From Centroscyllium fabricii (lineage: Eukaryota), in contig JBNRSN020000071.1 in NCBI GenBank assembly GCA_051313645.2, forward strand, positions 1,550,001 to 1,614,000: a DNA stretch of 64,000 bases, given 5' to 3'. Every line of letters begins with the position of its first letter. The first letter of the stretch is position 1. This document shows positions 13,276 to 26,329 of the stretch, in pieces. The translations under genes and the position numbers were made by a program. Under the pieces are notes generated by a model. It was given only the letters and a program-made list of their open reading frames with translations. It was not told the origin of the DNA and searched no databases.

Positions 13276-14869
13276 TATTTTTAAAAAAATTATAAAGACA
13301 GTCTATATTGATTATTACAAATGCTTGCAATTTTTCTTCTGTTGGAATCCACATTATTGGGAAAATAAGCCTTTAAAGTGCATCCTGTTCAAATATGCAT
13401 CTAAAAAGTACTATCTATCTATAATTTTCTCTTTTTCATCTTCCTGCCACTCACTATATGAGGGGTCAGGCAGGCACCTTGCCCCCAACCTCTGCCAATG
13501 TTTGTCCTGAACCGGCTGGCATAAGAGCAACCTACTGTGATTGATCCACCAAGAATCGTCCCCTATCGGATTACCTAACGGTGCTTCCCTGCTGACTCGG
13601 TTGGAGAGTACACCAGGTAGGGAGCCAGGGACCTCTGCAGACTGTGTGTTCCCCTTACACTGGGTTTTAGCCCACCGATTTACGCTCATGGTTTCTTAAG
13701 TTTGAACAACAATAACTTGCATTTATATGGCGCCTGTAATGCAGTAAAATGTCCCAAGGTGCTTCACAGGAGCATTATCAGACAACAATTGACACTGAGC
13801 CACATAAGGAGATATTAGGACAGAAACACAGAAGATAGGAGCAGGAGTAGGCCATTCGGCCCTTCGAGCCCGCTCCACCATTTTTGATGAGATCATGGCT
13901 GATCATCCAAACCCAGCACCCCCCTCCTACCCTCTCCCCATATCCCCCAACACTAAGAACTATATCTCACACACATACTCATGGGCAATTTTTAGTATCT
14001 CCAATTCAGGTGTCTATAAGCTGGGTCAAAGCACCAGATTGCTGCTCACACAGGCTACTCCGAGAAATCAAAACTCACAGGATACAAGTTACTCAGCAAG
14101 TTGTTGTGATCTGGAAGGCGCTGCCTGAAAGGACGGTGGAAGCAGATTCAATAGTAACTTTCAAAAGGGAATTGGAGAAATAGTTGAAGGGGAAAAATTT
14201 ACAGGGATCTGGGGAAAGAGCAGGATTAATTCGATAGCTCTTTCAAAGAGCCGGCACACATAAAGGCTGAAGGCAGACAGGCAAGCACTTACTTTGGCAA
14301 TCCAAAGAAGAGCAAAAGGTACAGCAGGCACATATACTCAAACTACCCGGCGGTGTGAAATAACTCTGAAAATCCACCATGGTTGTAAATTCCACTTCGC
14401 AATACAGTCTGACACTATTATCACCATCAGAGAGCAGGAAGAACTATGCAGAAGGAACTTTATCTGCACAAAGTTCTCTAATAGGCCAAACTGTGGTAAA
14501 CCCCCAGTGATAGTTTCATTTTTACTTTCCTTTAACAAACAGTAGATAAAATGAAGGTCGACCTGAAACGTTAACTCTGTTTCTCTCTCCACCGATGCTG
14601 CCTGGCCTGCTGAGTTTCTCCAGCGTTTTCTGTTGGTATTTGGTCAAATAATGGTTTAAGATTTCAAGAGTGAATAACCAATACCTGCATTTCACATTTA
14701 AAAGGGGAGGTTACCTAACTTCAACAAAATAATTTTTAGCTTAAAATACAGTATATATAAAGTGCTCCCTCCAATGGGTAAGTGAGGTTATTACATGAGT
14801 ATGAGAGTCATACAGGAATTTCTCAGGTTATTTCCCTGGTTAATGTTGGATTAGTTGATCACAACAACG

Positions 14870-15175
14870 ACAACTGCATTTATATAGCACCTTTAATGTA
14901 GTAAAATGTCCCAAGGCGCTTCACAGGAACGTTAGCAAACAAAATCTGACACCGAGCCACATAAGGGGATATTAGGGCAGATGAAGGTTTTAAGAAAAGA
15001 CTTGCATTTAGATAGCACCTTTCACAACCACCGGACGTCCCAAAGCACTTTACAGCCAATGAAGTACTTTTTGAAGTGCAGTCACTGTTGTAATGTAGGA
15101 AACGCGGCAGCCAATTTGCGCACAGCAAGCTCCCACAAACAGCAATGTGATAATGACCAGATCATCTGTTTTAGT
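14870..15175 (-). mobile_element. Deu-SINE/L2-type 3' end fragments
   Basis: CTTGCATTTATATAGCACCTTT... tails recurring at 13717, 21245 and 22340. Confidence 0.6.
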
Positions 15176-15332
15176 GTTCACTCAGCATCACCAGGGACCC
15201 CACCCACCCCAGCCACAGACTGTTTGCCCCCCTGCCATCTGGGAGGCACTAGATGCATTCGTGCCCGCATGACCAGGCTCAGGAACAGCTTCTTCCCTCG
15301 GGCTGTTATCAAGCTGAACTCTGTCACTCACC

Positions 15333-15712
15333 GGGCGGCACGGTGGCATAGTGGTTAGCACTGTTGCCTTACAGCACTAGAGACCCGGGTTCAAATCCAG
15401 CCTCGGGTACTATCTGTGTGGAGTTTGCACATTCTCCCCGTGTCTGCGTGGGTTTCCTCCGGGTGCTCCAATTTCCTCCCAGTCCAAAGATGTGCGGGTT
15501 AGGTTGATTGGCCATGATAAATTGACCCTTAGTGTTAGGGGGATTGAATATGTAGGGTTATGGGGATAGGGTGGGATATGTGTCGGTGCACGCTCGATAG
15601 GGATCGAGGGATATGGGGTCAAGGCATGGATGATCAGCCATGATCTCATTGAATGGTGGAGCAGGCTCGAAGGGCCGAATGGCCTACTCCTGCTCCTATC
15701 TTCTATGTTTCT
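15333..15712 (+). mobile_element. V-SINE (HE1-like)
   Basis: Same head, core and CR1 tail as 8872-9262. Confidence 0.85.
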
Positions 15713-15900
15713 AACTCTGCCCACCATCGGCACCCCCACCCCGCACACTCTGCACTATCCGCCCATTCGCTTCCCAGCCCTTGCTCATCTGCTCTTTGAA
15801 CTGCTAGTTGCACCTTGCACTTAATAACTCTGCATACTCTGAGCTTGCTGGGATCAGTGCCCCATGCTGCCTCAGCTGCAGTCGCCTTGACCTACGGGCG

Positions 15901-17535
15901 CTGTGCTGTGTGTGTGTGCTGTGTGTGTGCAGTGTGTGTGCTGTGTGTGTGCAGTGTATGTGCTGTGTATGTGCAGTGTGTGTGCTGTGTGTGTGCAGTG
16001 TATGTGCTGTGCATGTGCAGTGTGTGTGCTGTGTGTGTGCAGTGTATGTGCTGTGTATGTGCAGTGTGTGTGCTGTGTGTGTGCTGTGTTGTGCAGTGTA
16101 TGTGCTGTGTGTGCAGTGTATGTGCAGTGTGTGGTGTGTGTGCAGTGTATGCGCTGTGTGTGTGCAGTGTGTGTGCAGTGTATGTGCTGTGTATGTGCTG
16201 TGTGTGCTGTGTATGTGCAGTGTGTGTGCTGTGTATGTGCAGTGTATGTGCAGTGTGTGTGCAATGTGTGTGCAGTGTATGTGCAGTGTGTGTGCTGTGT
16301 ATGTGCTGTGTGTGTGCAGTGTGCGTGCTGTGTATGTGTGTGCAGTGTGTGCTGTGTCTGTGCAGTGTATGTTTTGTGTATGTGCAGTGTGTGCAGTGTA
16401 TGTGCTGTGTGTGCAGTGTGTCTGCTGTGTATGTGCTGTGTGTGCTGTGTATGTGCTGTGTGTGCAGTGTGTCTGCTGTGTATGTGCTGTGTGTTGTGTG
16501 TGCAGTGTATGTGCTGTGTGTGCAGTGTGTCTGCTGTGTGTGCTGTGTGTGTTGTGTGTGCAGTGTATGTGCTGTGTGTGCAGTGTGTCTGCTGTGTATG
16601 TGCTGTGTGTGCAGTGTGTGTGCTGTGTATGTGTTGTGTGTGCAGTGTATGTGCAGTGTGTGCTGTGTGTGTGCTGTGTATGTGCTGTGTGTGTGCAGTG
16701 TGTGTGCAGTGTGTGTGCAGTATGTGCTGTGTATGTGCTGTGTGTGTGCAGTGTGTGTGCAGTGTATGTGCTGTGTATGTGCAGTGTAGATTTTGTGTGT
16801 GTGCTGTGTATGTGCAGTGTGTATGCTGTGTGTGTGCTGTGTATGTGGTGTGTGTGGTGTGTATGTGCAGTGTATGTGCTGTGTATGTTTTGTGTATGTT
16901 TTGTGTATGTGCAGTGTGTGTGCAGTGTATGTGCTGTGTGTGCTGTGTGTGTTCTGTGTGTGCAGTGTGTGTGCAGTGTATGTGCTGTATGTCTGCTGTG
17001 TATGTGCTGTGTGTGTGCTGTGTATGTGCAGTGTGTGCTGTGTATGTGCAGTGTGTGCAGTGTATGTGCTCTGTATGTGCTGTGTATGTGCAGTGTATGT
17101 TTTGTGTGCGTGCTGTGTATGTGCAGTGTATGTGCTGTGTGTGCAGTGTGTCTGCTGTGTATGTGCTGTGTGTGTTGTGTGTGCTGTGTATGTGCAGTGT
17201 GTGTGCAGTGTATGTGCTGTGTGTGCAGTGTGTGTGCTGTGTGTGTGCAGTGTATGTGCAGTGTGTGTGCTGTGTGTGTGCAGTGTATGTGCTGTGTGTG
17301 CAGTGTATGTGCTGTGTGTGCAGTGTATGTGCAGTGTGTGCAGTGTATGTGCAGTGTGTGTGCTGTGTGTGCAGTGTATGTGCTGTGTGTGTGCTGTGTG
17401 TGTGCTGTGTGTGCAGTGTGTGTGCTGTGTGTGTGCTGTGTGGGTGCTGTGTGTGTGCAGTGTATGTGCAGTGTATGTGCTGTGTATGTGCTATGTGGGT
17501 GCTGTGTTTAGTGCTGTGTGGGTGCTGTGTGTGCC
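15901..17535. repeat. Compound TG-rich microsatellite ((TG)n interrupted by CAG/CTG/TA)
   Basis: Read directly. The Cys/Val and His/Thr ORFs here are artefacts. Confidence 0.97.
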
Positions 17536-17707
17536 TCCACTGTTTGCACTTGCATTGTGTGTACTGTGACTGCTTCCGCCATTGTTGAATTTCAGTGTTG
17601 CATGTGCTGACTGTTTGTGCCATTTGCTGGGAGCTTGCGAGCTCACGTTTCGTTGTGCTGTGCTTGTGTACTGTGCAATGACAATAACGTTGAATTGAAT
17701 TGAATTA

Positions 17708-18270
17708 GTGATGTTGGTTGAGAGATAAATATTGTCCAGGACAGTGGGGATAACTCCCCTGTTCTTCAGATAGTGCCATGGGATCTTTTATGTCCACCTG
17801 AGAGAGCAAACGGGGCCTCGGTTTAACGTCTCATCCTAAAGACGGCACCTTCAACAGTGCAGCACTCCCTCAGCACTGCACTGGAGTGTCAGCCTAGATT
17901 TTTGTGCTCAAGTCTCTGGAGTGGGACTTGAACCTACAACCTTCTGACTGAGAGGTGGGGGTGCTGCCCACTGAGCATCTTAAAGGAGGAACCAGGGTTG
18001 TCACTTAGTCCTACCCAGTGACCTTTACAGATTTCCATGGCCCTGTCTGCTCTGTCAGATGGACGTAAAAGATCCCATGGCACTATTTTGAAGAAGGGCA
18101 GGGGAGTTCTCCCCAGTGTTGTGGCCAATATTCATCACTCAACCAACATCACTAAAACAGATGATCTGGTCGTTATCACATTGCTGTTTGTGGGAGCTTG
18201 CTGTGCCCAAATTGGCTGCCACATTTCCTACATTACAACAGTGACTACACTTCAAAAAGTTCTTCATTGG
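17708..18270. mobile_element. Two Deu-domain SINEs (SacSINE1/AmnSINE-like) in opposite orientation
   Basis: GGACGTAAAAGATCCCATGGCACTAT core on + at 18061 and its reverse complement at about 17770-17795. Confidence 0.7.
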
Positions 18271-18529
18271 GAAGATTCTACGATTTTTAATTTAGTACCT
18301 AGAGAAACAATTATGCTGAAACATGAAGTCCCTCATATTTGGCCATGAAAATAATGAGAGTGAAAAAACAGAACTGGAGACTAACCATTACCTCCCCACG
18401 TAGGGAACTGGTGTTGCATTTATACTGATATAACCTTAAAGGAACAGGGCCCAGATGTCACTGGGAACAAGGAAAGCATCTTTTTCAAATTAACTTTAGA
18501 AACTTTGTTGGTGGAAGTTTTCGGAAACA

Positions 18530-19289
18530 TCGGGGGGGGACTTTCATGTCCCCGTGAGGCGGGGTTTTGGGCGGCCCGGCCGGCAAAATAGCGCAACCGG
18601 CAGGTCCCGCCCCCCCCCCCCGCCCCTTTCTCATTTTCCCCCGCCCAGATTCCCCGCCCCGAAACCTTCCCGCTGCCAGCTGGCGGGGATGGGTTGTCAC
18701 CTCTTTAATGCCATTTTAAGGGCCCTCAGCCATTTTGCCCTGTTTCCTGCCCTAACCCCGCCACCCTAAACCCCGCTGGGTGAAACCCAGCGGGAGCACA
18801 GCGCTGATTATTACTTTCTCCTTCAAGATGTGAAGGACATGCTGCCAAATGCTTGGCATGCCTCCAGCACCTCAGAGGAGTAAGTAACTCCGCTGTGGCT
18901 GCAGCAGCTGTGAGCTGAAACTGAGAAATCTCAGTTCTGAACACTTCCTCACAGCGGTGCCGAGCTGTCAAGAATTCTGAGCCCGCCCGCCCACCTGTCA
19001 GTCAGCAGCACTTGACCGTTCCCATTGGTTCCACTCGACTGTGATGTCACAGTGGAGTGTTTCCATGAGAACTGTCAACAACCAGTGCTGGAACTGTCAA
19101 TCAAGCTGCTCGCAGCCCCGATGCAGCCCGACTCGATTGACCTAATTACCTCCCGCTGCCGCCGGCGGGGATTTAACAACCTCATTAAACTAAAATTGCG
19201 TGGCCTTCCCAGCTGTTTGGACAGGCGGAGCCGGAGGCGGCTCAGACCAATCCCCGCCAGGTTCCCGCCCTTCCGGCAAAATCCCCCCA
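18530..19289. mobile_element. Putative non-autonomous DNA transposon (MITE-like)
   Basis: GC-rich ends GGGGGGGACTTTC ... GGCAAAATCCCCCC resembling imperfect TIRs; no coding capacity. Confidence 0.4.
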
Positions 19290-19596
19290 TCATCTCTACA
19301 AAACAGTCACTGCTCTTTAAAAAAGAATTTCAACCTTGTGAGCACAGCACCTTACAGAAGTTAAACTAGAACAGGAGCGTCCAGGGGGAGGTCAAATGAA
19401 AAGGGGTCACCCAAGAGAAGTATAACTAGGATGGACGCTAGAAGTATGTTGGCTGTCGGATGTTTACACACAAGAAAGTGAGGTATAATAGATGTGGGGA
19501 AGAAATTTTAAACGCTATCGATCAATATTGTACACTGAGCTGTACAAAGAAACAGTTATCTAAAGACGTACATTATTTTCCTGCAGTTCAGACTAT

Positions 19597-20330
19597 GGGC
19601 TGGATTTTGCCAGCCCTGGGGAGGCGGGTTTGGAGGTGGGACTGCCAGGAAAATGGCAGAATCTGGGGGCGGGTGCCCATCCCACCCCCAACCCGCCTCC
19701 GTGCCATCTTCCCAGGAGGCGGGTAGCTGACCCGCGCCGGGTTCTGTCTCCTGGAGGAAGGGAATTACAGCCATTAACTGCGTGTTAACAGAGATGCGGG
19801 CTCCCTGACATTGGGAAACCCCGCCAGGGTCACCGAGGCCAGCAGGGAGTCGGAGGGGTGCAAACGTGCACTGTGGGGGCGAGTGATGGGTGCGAGTGTG
19901 GAGAGGTGAGTGTGTGAGGTGAGTGAAAAGTGATAGAACATGTTTACTTACCTTTGTTTCTTCCTGCAGGCTTCAACAGTTGGGGAACCGGAGACTCCCG
20001 CATCTCAATGGCAGAGATGACAGACGGCTGCTGCATTCTCCAAACGGAATACAAGGACTCATCAAACAACAGAGACTGTCAGTGTTTGACAGCTTCACAG
20101 AGCTGTCAAACCATGACAATTCATGTCAAACATTTTGACAGATGAAACGTCATACACTGATGTTCTCAGTAACCGGCTTCCCCTTAATTGGCCTGCTGAG
20201 CCCGCTGGGCGGGCTTAACAAGGTCAATCAATGAAAAATAGCGTGGGTTGGCCACAAGTCGATGGAGGCGGGACTAAATCCGACCAGCAGCAGCCCCGCC
20301 TCCAACGCGCCCCCTTTGGCAAAATCACCC
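19597..20330. mobile_element. Putative non-autonomous DNA transposon (Harbinger-like MITE)
   Basis: Imperfect TIRs GGGCTGGATTTTGCC ... GGCAAAATCACCC with GC-rich subterminal regions. Confidence 0.5.
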
Positions 20331-20374
20331 ACATTTATCTCAGGGACATTGCTGCCACATTAAGCAGTTGGGTT

Positions 20375-20835
20375 TTTTATTCATTGATGGGATGTGGGCG
20401 TCGCTGGCTGGCTAGGCCTGCATTTAGTGCCCATCCCTAATTACCCTTGAGCCGCCTTCTTGAACCGCTGCAGTCCATATGGTGCAGATACACCCACAAT
20501 GTTGCGTAGCGGTTGTTTACAACTGAGTGGCTTGCTAGGCCATTTCAGAGGGCATTAAGAGTCAACCACATTGCTGGAGTCACATGTAGGCCAGACCAGG
20601 TAAGGACGGCAGATTTCCTTCCCTAAAGGACATTAGTGAACCAGATGGGTTTTTGCAACAATCGACAATGGTATCATAGTCACCATTACTAAGACCAGCA
20701 TTTAATTGCAGAATTAAGTTGAATTGAATTTAAATTCCACCAGCTGCCATGGTGGGATTTGAACCCATATCCTCAGAGCATTTGACTGAGCCTCTGGCTT
20801 ACTAGTCTGGTGACATAACCACTACACCACCACCT
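20375..20835 (-). mobile_element. Inverted copy of the 12880-13275 repeat
   Basis: Reverse-complement similarity over about 400 bp. Confidence 0.7.
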
Positions 20836-21504
20836 CCTCTGTTAAGCAGTTGTTGGGGCAGATGGAGCCATGGTGAAACATCAGTCCACTCAGCACACAG
20901 AGGAATTCTTCTGCCGTCCCGTCCGCACTCAGCACCTGCAAGCCAAGGTGAGAAAGAAATATCATGGACAAGCACTGAGCATTCCTTCACTTTCTAGTGG
21001 TCATTTCCAGACTCATATCTGTTCGCGGTGCAAACTTTAGTAATATAGCTTTGAACTCCAGGTGGCAGAAAGTGGGCTTCGTCGGGTCACTAACTGTGTC
21101 GCTGTGCACGCTTCTGCTCAAAGATCTGATAATAATGTGGGGTTACGGGGATAGGGTGGGATATGTGTCGGTGCAGGCTCGATGGGCCGAAATGGCCTCT
21201 ATCTGCACTGTAGGGATTCGATGATTCTATGAGTAACAACAACAGCTTGCATTTATGTAGCCCCTTTAACCAAGAATAACATCACAAAGCACTTCGCAGA
21301 GATCCAATCAAAGAAATGGGCAGCAAGCCAGGAGCTATTAAGAGGGTGACTGAAAGCTTGGTTAAGGAGTTGGGTTTTAAAGGTGGAGAGGGAGTTGAAG
21401 AGGCGGAGGGGTTTAGGGAGGGAATTCCAGAGTGTGGGGCTTCAGTAGCGGAGGGCACAGCCGCCAATGATATATTTTGCATCATGTAATAACCCCTTTA
21501 ATAA

Positions 21505-22297
21505 ATAAGAACATAAGAAATAAGAGGAGTAGGCCAATCGGCCCCTCGAGCCTGCTCCGCCATTCAGTAAGATCATGGCTGATCTGATCCTAACCACCAA
21601 TCTACTATCACAGAACCATCTCCTGAATCTAACGGAATTAAACACACGAAATAGGAGCAGGATCAGGCTACACGGTCCCTGGGCCCGCTCCACTACCCAC
21701 AGGGCCATGACCGATCTGAACCTAGACTCATGTCCAAATTCCTGCCCGCTCCTCGTAACCCTTAAGACCCTTTTCCTTCTAGGAAACTGTCTATTTCTGT
21801 TTTAAATTTATGTAATGATGTTGCTTCTACAGCTTTTTGGGGCAGCATGTTCCATGGACCTACCACCCTCTGAGTGAAGTAGTTTCTCCTCATCTCAGTT
21901 TTGAAAGAGCAGCCCCTTATTCTAAGTTTATGCTCCATAGTTCTAGTTTCACCCATCATTGGGAACATCCTCCCTGCGTCCACCCAATCCAACCCCTTCA
22001 CAATCTTATATGTTTCAATAAGATCTCCCCTCATTCTTCTGAACTCCAATGAGTGGAGTCCCAATCTACTCAACCCCTCCTCATATGTCCAACCCCTCAT
22101 CCCTGGGATTAACCGAGTGAACCTTCTTTGTACTGACTCGAGAGCGAGTATGTCCTTTCTTAAGTATGGACACCAAAACTGTACGCAGTATTCCAGGTGT
22201 AGTCTCACCAATACCTTGTACAACTGAAGCAATACCTCCCTATTTTTATATTCTATCCCCCTAGCAATGAAAGCCAACATTCCATTGACCTTCTTGA
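21505..22297 (-). mobile_element. 5'-truncated CR1 LINE
   Basis: KKVNGMLAFIARGIEYKNREVLLQLYKVLVRLHLEYCVQFW...RRNYFTQRVV, followed by 3' UTR. Confidence 0.9.
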
Positions 22298-22334
22298 AAA
22301 TCTGTTTCCTTACAATACCACCTGCATTTAAAGA

Positions 22335-22745
22335 AAGAACTTGCATTTATATAGCACCTTTCACAACCTCAGGATGTCCCAAAGCGCTTTACAGCCAATG
22401 AAATACGTTTAAAGTGTCATCACTGTTATAATGTAGGAAACGTGGCAGCACATTTGTGCACAGCAAGATCCCACAAACAGTTTCAGTGATGTTGGTTGAG
22501 GGATAAATATTGACATGGACACCAGGGATAATTCCCCTGGCCTTGTTCGGATAGTGCCATGGGATCTTTTACATCCACCCGAGGGGGCAGAGGAGGCCTC
22601 GGCTTAACGTCTCATCTGAAAAACGCCACCTCTGACAGTTCCGCACGCCCTCAGTACTGCACTGGGAGTGTCAGCCTGGATTTTTGTGCTCAATTCCCTG
22701 GAGTGGGGCTTAAACCCACAACCTTCTGACCCAGAGGCGAGAGCT
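22335..22745 (-). mobile_element. Deu-domain SINE
   Basis: Same core and tail as the 17708-18270 copies. Confidence 0.7.
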
Positions 22746-23719
22746 TTTAAAATTTAAAATCTTTTAGAAACTTCCACAACACTTTTCACATTAACACCGA
22801 AAACACCAGAATCAGACCTACCCAACCACAAGATCTGATGAAGATTCTCCACCGGAAACATGAACTCCCCTCTTCTCTTTCTCAGATGCTGACAGATCTT
22901 CTGCGTATTTCCGATATCTTCTGTTTTTATTTCAGCAGTCACTGTTTTTCTTTTTAAATCTATAAGCACAATTTTCGATGGCACTGAACCCAAAAGAATG
23001 AAAGAACAACTGTTTCAGCAAGTACAAATGCTTACTATAGAGTCTGTCCAGTGTTAATTTAAAACATATTTTGTTCCCCAAACATTAAGTTGTTGAAGAA
23101 GCATTAAAACGCAGGACATCGTTGAGATTACATATTCCATATCTAGTTCATTCTCCCATCAGTGTTTCCCATATTATTTTTATATGCAGACATGAGTAGC
23201 ACATGTGTACTGGTCACGGGACCTCCCAAAGGCTGTAGCTTCCTTCATCCAGGATGCAAATATCCAGGTCTCTGAAGCTGAAGGGGAGTTGAGATCTGTT
23301 GTCCACTGGTCATGGCCAAAGCTATAGAAAAAAAAACAAGAGCCATATAAAGAAATGCAATCAGATTGACACAGTAACTACAGCAAAGAAACAGGCCATT
23401 CAGCCCTACTGGTCTATGCTGCTGTTTCTACTCCACACCAGCCTCCTCCCACTCTGGCCCCAGATCCCTCCATTCCTTTCACCCTCATGGATGCAACAAG
23501 CCTCTTCTTAAATGCATCAGTGCTCTCTGCTTCAAGCACTCCATGAGGCTGTGACTTCCACATTCTCACCACTCTCTGCGAAAAGAAAATCCTCTTAATC
23601 TTTATTTAATCTGTTCGCTATCTTATATTTATGCCCCCTTGTTTTGGACTCGCCCACAAGTGCTTCCCTACACCAACCCGATCAAACCAGTATGGGTCAG
23701 TGATGACGTAGCGGTTGGG

Positions 23720-24225
23720 AAATGGGATGTGGGCGTCGCTGGCAAGGCCAGCATTTATTGCCCATCCCTCGTTGCCCTTGAGAAGGTGATGGTGAGCCCA
23801 GTTCTTGAACCGCTGCAGTCCGTGTGGTGACGGTGCTCCCACGGTGCTGTTAGGGAGGGAGTTCCAGGATTTTGACCCAGCGACAATGAAGGAATGGTGA
23901 TATATTTCTAAGTTCAGGATGGTGTGTGACTTGGAGGGGAACTTGGAGGTGGTGGTGTTCCCATGCGCCTGCTACCCTTGTCCTTCTAGGTGGAAGAGGT
24001 CGTGGGTTTGGGAGGTGCTGCCGAAGAAGCCTTGTCGAGTTGCTGCAGTGCATCTTGTAGTTGGTACACACGGCAGCCACGGTGCGCCGGTGGTGGAGGG
24101 AGTGAATGTTTAAAGTGGTGGGTGGGGTGCCAAGCAAGCGGCCTGCTTTATCCTGAATGGTGTCGAGCTTCTTGAGTGTTGTTGGAGCTGCACTCATCCA
24201 GGCAAGTGGAGAGTATTCCATCACT
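23720..24225 (-). mobile_element. LINE ORF2 3' fragment
   Basis: MEYSPLAWMSAAPTTLKKLDTIQDKA; second copy at 30410-30880. Confidence 0.75.
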
Positions 24226-24740
24226 TAGTATGGGACAGGATATGAGCAGCTGATTAATGGACAAGTTGGAGGGTGGGAGGAAAACAAGGAGACCACTGGA
24301 AAGTCAAGGAGAAGTCGAGGATAATGGAGAAGTTGAGGATATGGGTGCTAGAAGCATGGATAAGGGTGTTTTTGGGGCTGATGCAAAGGCAGAGGTGGAA
24401 ATAAGCAGTCTTGGTAATGCACAGGATGTGGGATTTGAAGCTCAGCTCGTGGTCAAACAGAACTGTAAGAAAATTATTTTTCACACATAGAGCGATCAAC
24501 ATATGAAATAGGCTTCCAGGATGAATAGTGGAGGCGACTACCCTGGGATCCGTCAAGAAACAAATGAAGGCTGTTTTGGGGATACTAGGATCTTTCTGGA
24601 TGGATGAATTCAGATAGGTCAAATGGTTTCCTTCATCCCTAGCTATCATGTGACACCCAGGTTTCACCCAGTCTGGTTCAGCCTGAGCAAGTGGCCAGAG
24701 AGGTGGATGGAGTCAGTGGCAAGGGGTGGAGTTTACGGCA

Positions 24741-25140
24741 TTAGAACATAGAACATAGAAGATAGGAGCAGGAATAGGCCATTCGGCCCTTCGAGCCTGC
24801 TCTGCCATTCAATGAGATCATGGCTGATCATCCAAACCCAGTACCCTGTCCCTGCCCTCTCCCCATATCCCTCGATCCCTATCAAGCCTGCACCAACACA
24901 TATCCCACCCTATCCCCGTAACCCCACATATTCAATCCCCCTAACATTAAGGGTCAATTTATCATGGCCAATCAACCTAACCCGCACATCTTTGGACTGT
25001 GGGAGGAAACCGGAGCACCCGGAGGAAACCCACGCAGACACGGGGAGGATGTGCAAACTCCACACAGATAGTACCCGAGGCCGGATTTGAACTCAGGTCT
25101 CTAGTGCTGTGAGGCAACAGTGCTAACCACTATGCCACCG
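24741..25140 (-). mobile_element. V-SINE (HE1-like)
   Basis: Same head, core and tail as the other copies. Confidence 0.85.
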
Positions 25141-25819
25141 GGCTAGTTTTAATCACCTAGAGAGATTGGAAAGAAATAAGAACAGAAGAAATAGGAGCAG
25201 ATGTCCCAGGTGTTTCCCCCGTAATTGACCTGAGTTTGTGTTCTGGTTTTTCGCCTCTCCCAGGAGACTAGAGGAGTGTCTTGACTGATGTATAAGGTAT
25301 CACAACAGTATTGGACCAGCTACAAGGCCCAGCTGGTCTGCTGTCCGGCGTTTTTGTATATTTGTTCGTTTGTCTGTTGATGTCAGTAAGCCTGCCTGAC
25401 AGCACAAGAGATGGTCGAGGCTTCTCATCAGCATATATGTGGAAGCTGACCCCATGCCTGCGGATGATGACACCGAGGAGCAGTATGCAGACACGAGGGA
25501 GGGATGCGTGCCAGGGTCTCTGCAGGTGATGGTGCAGGGATGGGAGAAGCAGCCATTGCTGCAGCTCTGTTGGCTGCATTCAATCAAGAATGAGTGGAAT
25601 CACATGTTGTTTTCATATTTGTGCACAGCAATGAGATGAATGACAAGATAATCTGTTTTGGGGGCGTTGGTTGAGAGATAAAATTGTCAGCCCGGATACC
25701 AGAACTGCCTACCCTTCTTCGCAAAGGTCTCAGCTTAATGTCTCACCCGAAATACAATGTAGCACTCCCTCAGCACTGCTCTGTAATGTCATCCCAGATT
25801 ACATTCTCAGGTCCTGAAG

Positions 25820-26180
25820 TCATAGAAACATAGAAGATAGGAGCAGGAGTAGGCCATTCGACCCCTCGAGCCTGCTCTGCCATTCAATGCGATCATGGCT
25901 GATCATCCAAACCCAGTACCCTGCCTTCTTCCCATATCCCTTGATCCCTTTAGCCTCAAGAAATATATCCAACTCCTTCTTGAATATATTTAATGAATTG
26001 GCCTCAACTGCCTTGTGTGGTAGAGAATTCCACAGGTTCACCACTCTCTGGGTGAAGAAATTCCTCATCATCTCTGTCCTGAATGGCTTTCCCCTTATCC
26101 TTAGACTGTGACCCCTGGTTCTGGACTCTCCGACCATCGGGAACATCCTTCCTGCATCTAGTCTGTCCAGTCCTGCTAGA
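25820..26180 (-). mobile_element. CR1 LINE 3' end
   Basis: GLDRLDAGRMFP...RNFFTQRVVNLWNSLP plus 3' UTR. Confidence 0.88.
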
Positions 26181-26329
26181 ATTGAACAGTCTTGAACCCA
26201 CAACCGACTAACTTGGAGGCAAGAGTGCTCCAAAGTGAGCCAAGCTGATTGGCAATGTGCACACTTTCTGTTCCGATCGGTCAATATGTATTTGCACAGA
26301 ACACTGTAGGGATAAAATTCTGACTGGAA

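Noticed and set aside
14293-14463. Possible KLHL22 5' UTR exon (minus strand; gtgcag acceptor, GTAAGT donor)
   Set aside because: Supported by splice motifs only; no coding or transcript evidence.
15333-15405. tRNA genes at SINE heads
   Set aside because: The A/B boxes belong to tRNA-derived SINEs and run directly into SINE bodies.
15808-17623. Cys/Val-rich and His/Thr-rich long ORFs
   Set aside because: Translations of a TG microsatellite.
22835-22935. Hammerhead-like CTGATGAA...GAAAC (similar remnant near 14550)
   Set aside because: Stem II does not pair convincingly; probably a decayed repeat, not an active ribozyme.
23036-23321. Possible minus-strand UTR exon
   Set aside because: Good polypyrimidine acceptor and GTAAG donor, but cannot be verified from sequence alone.
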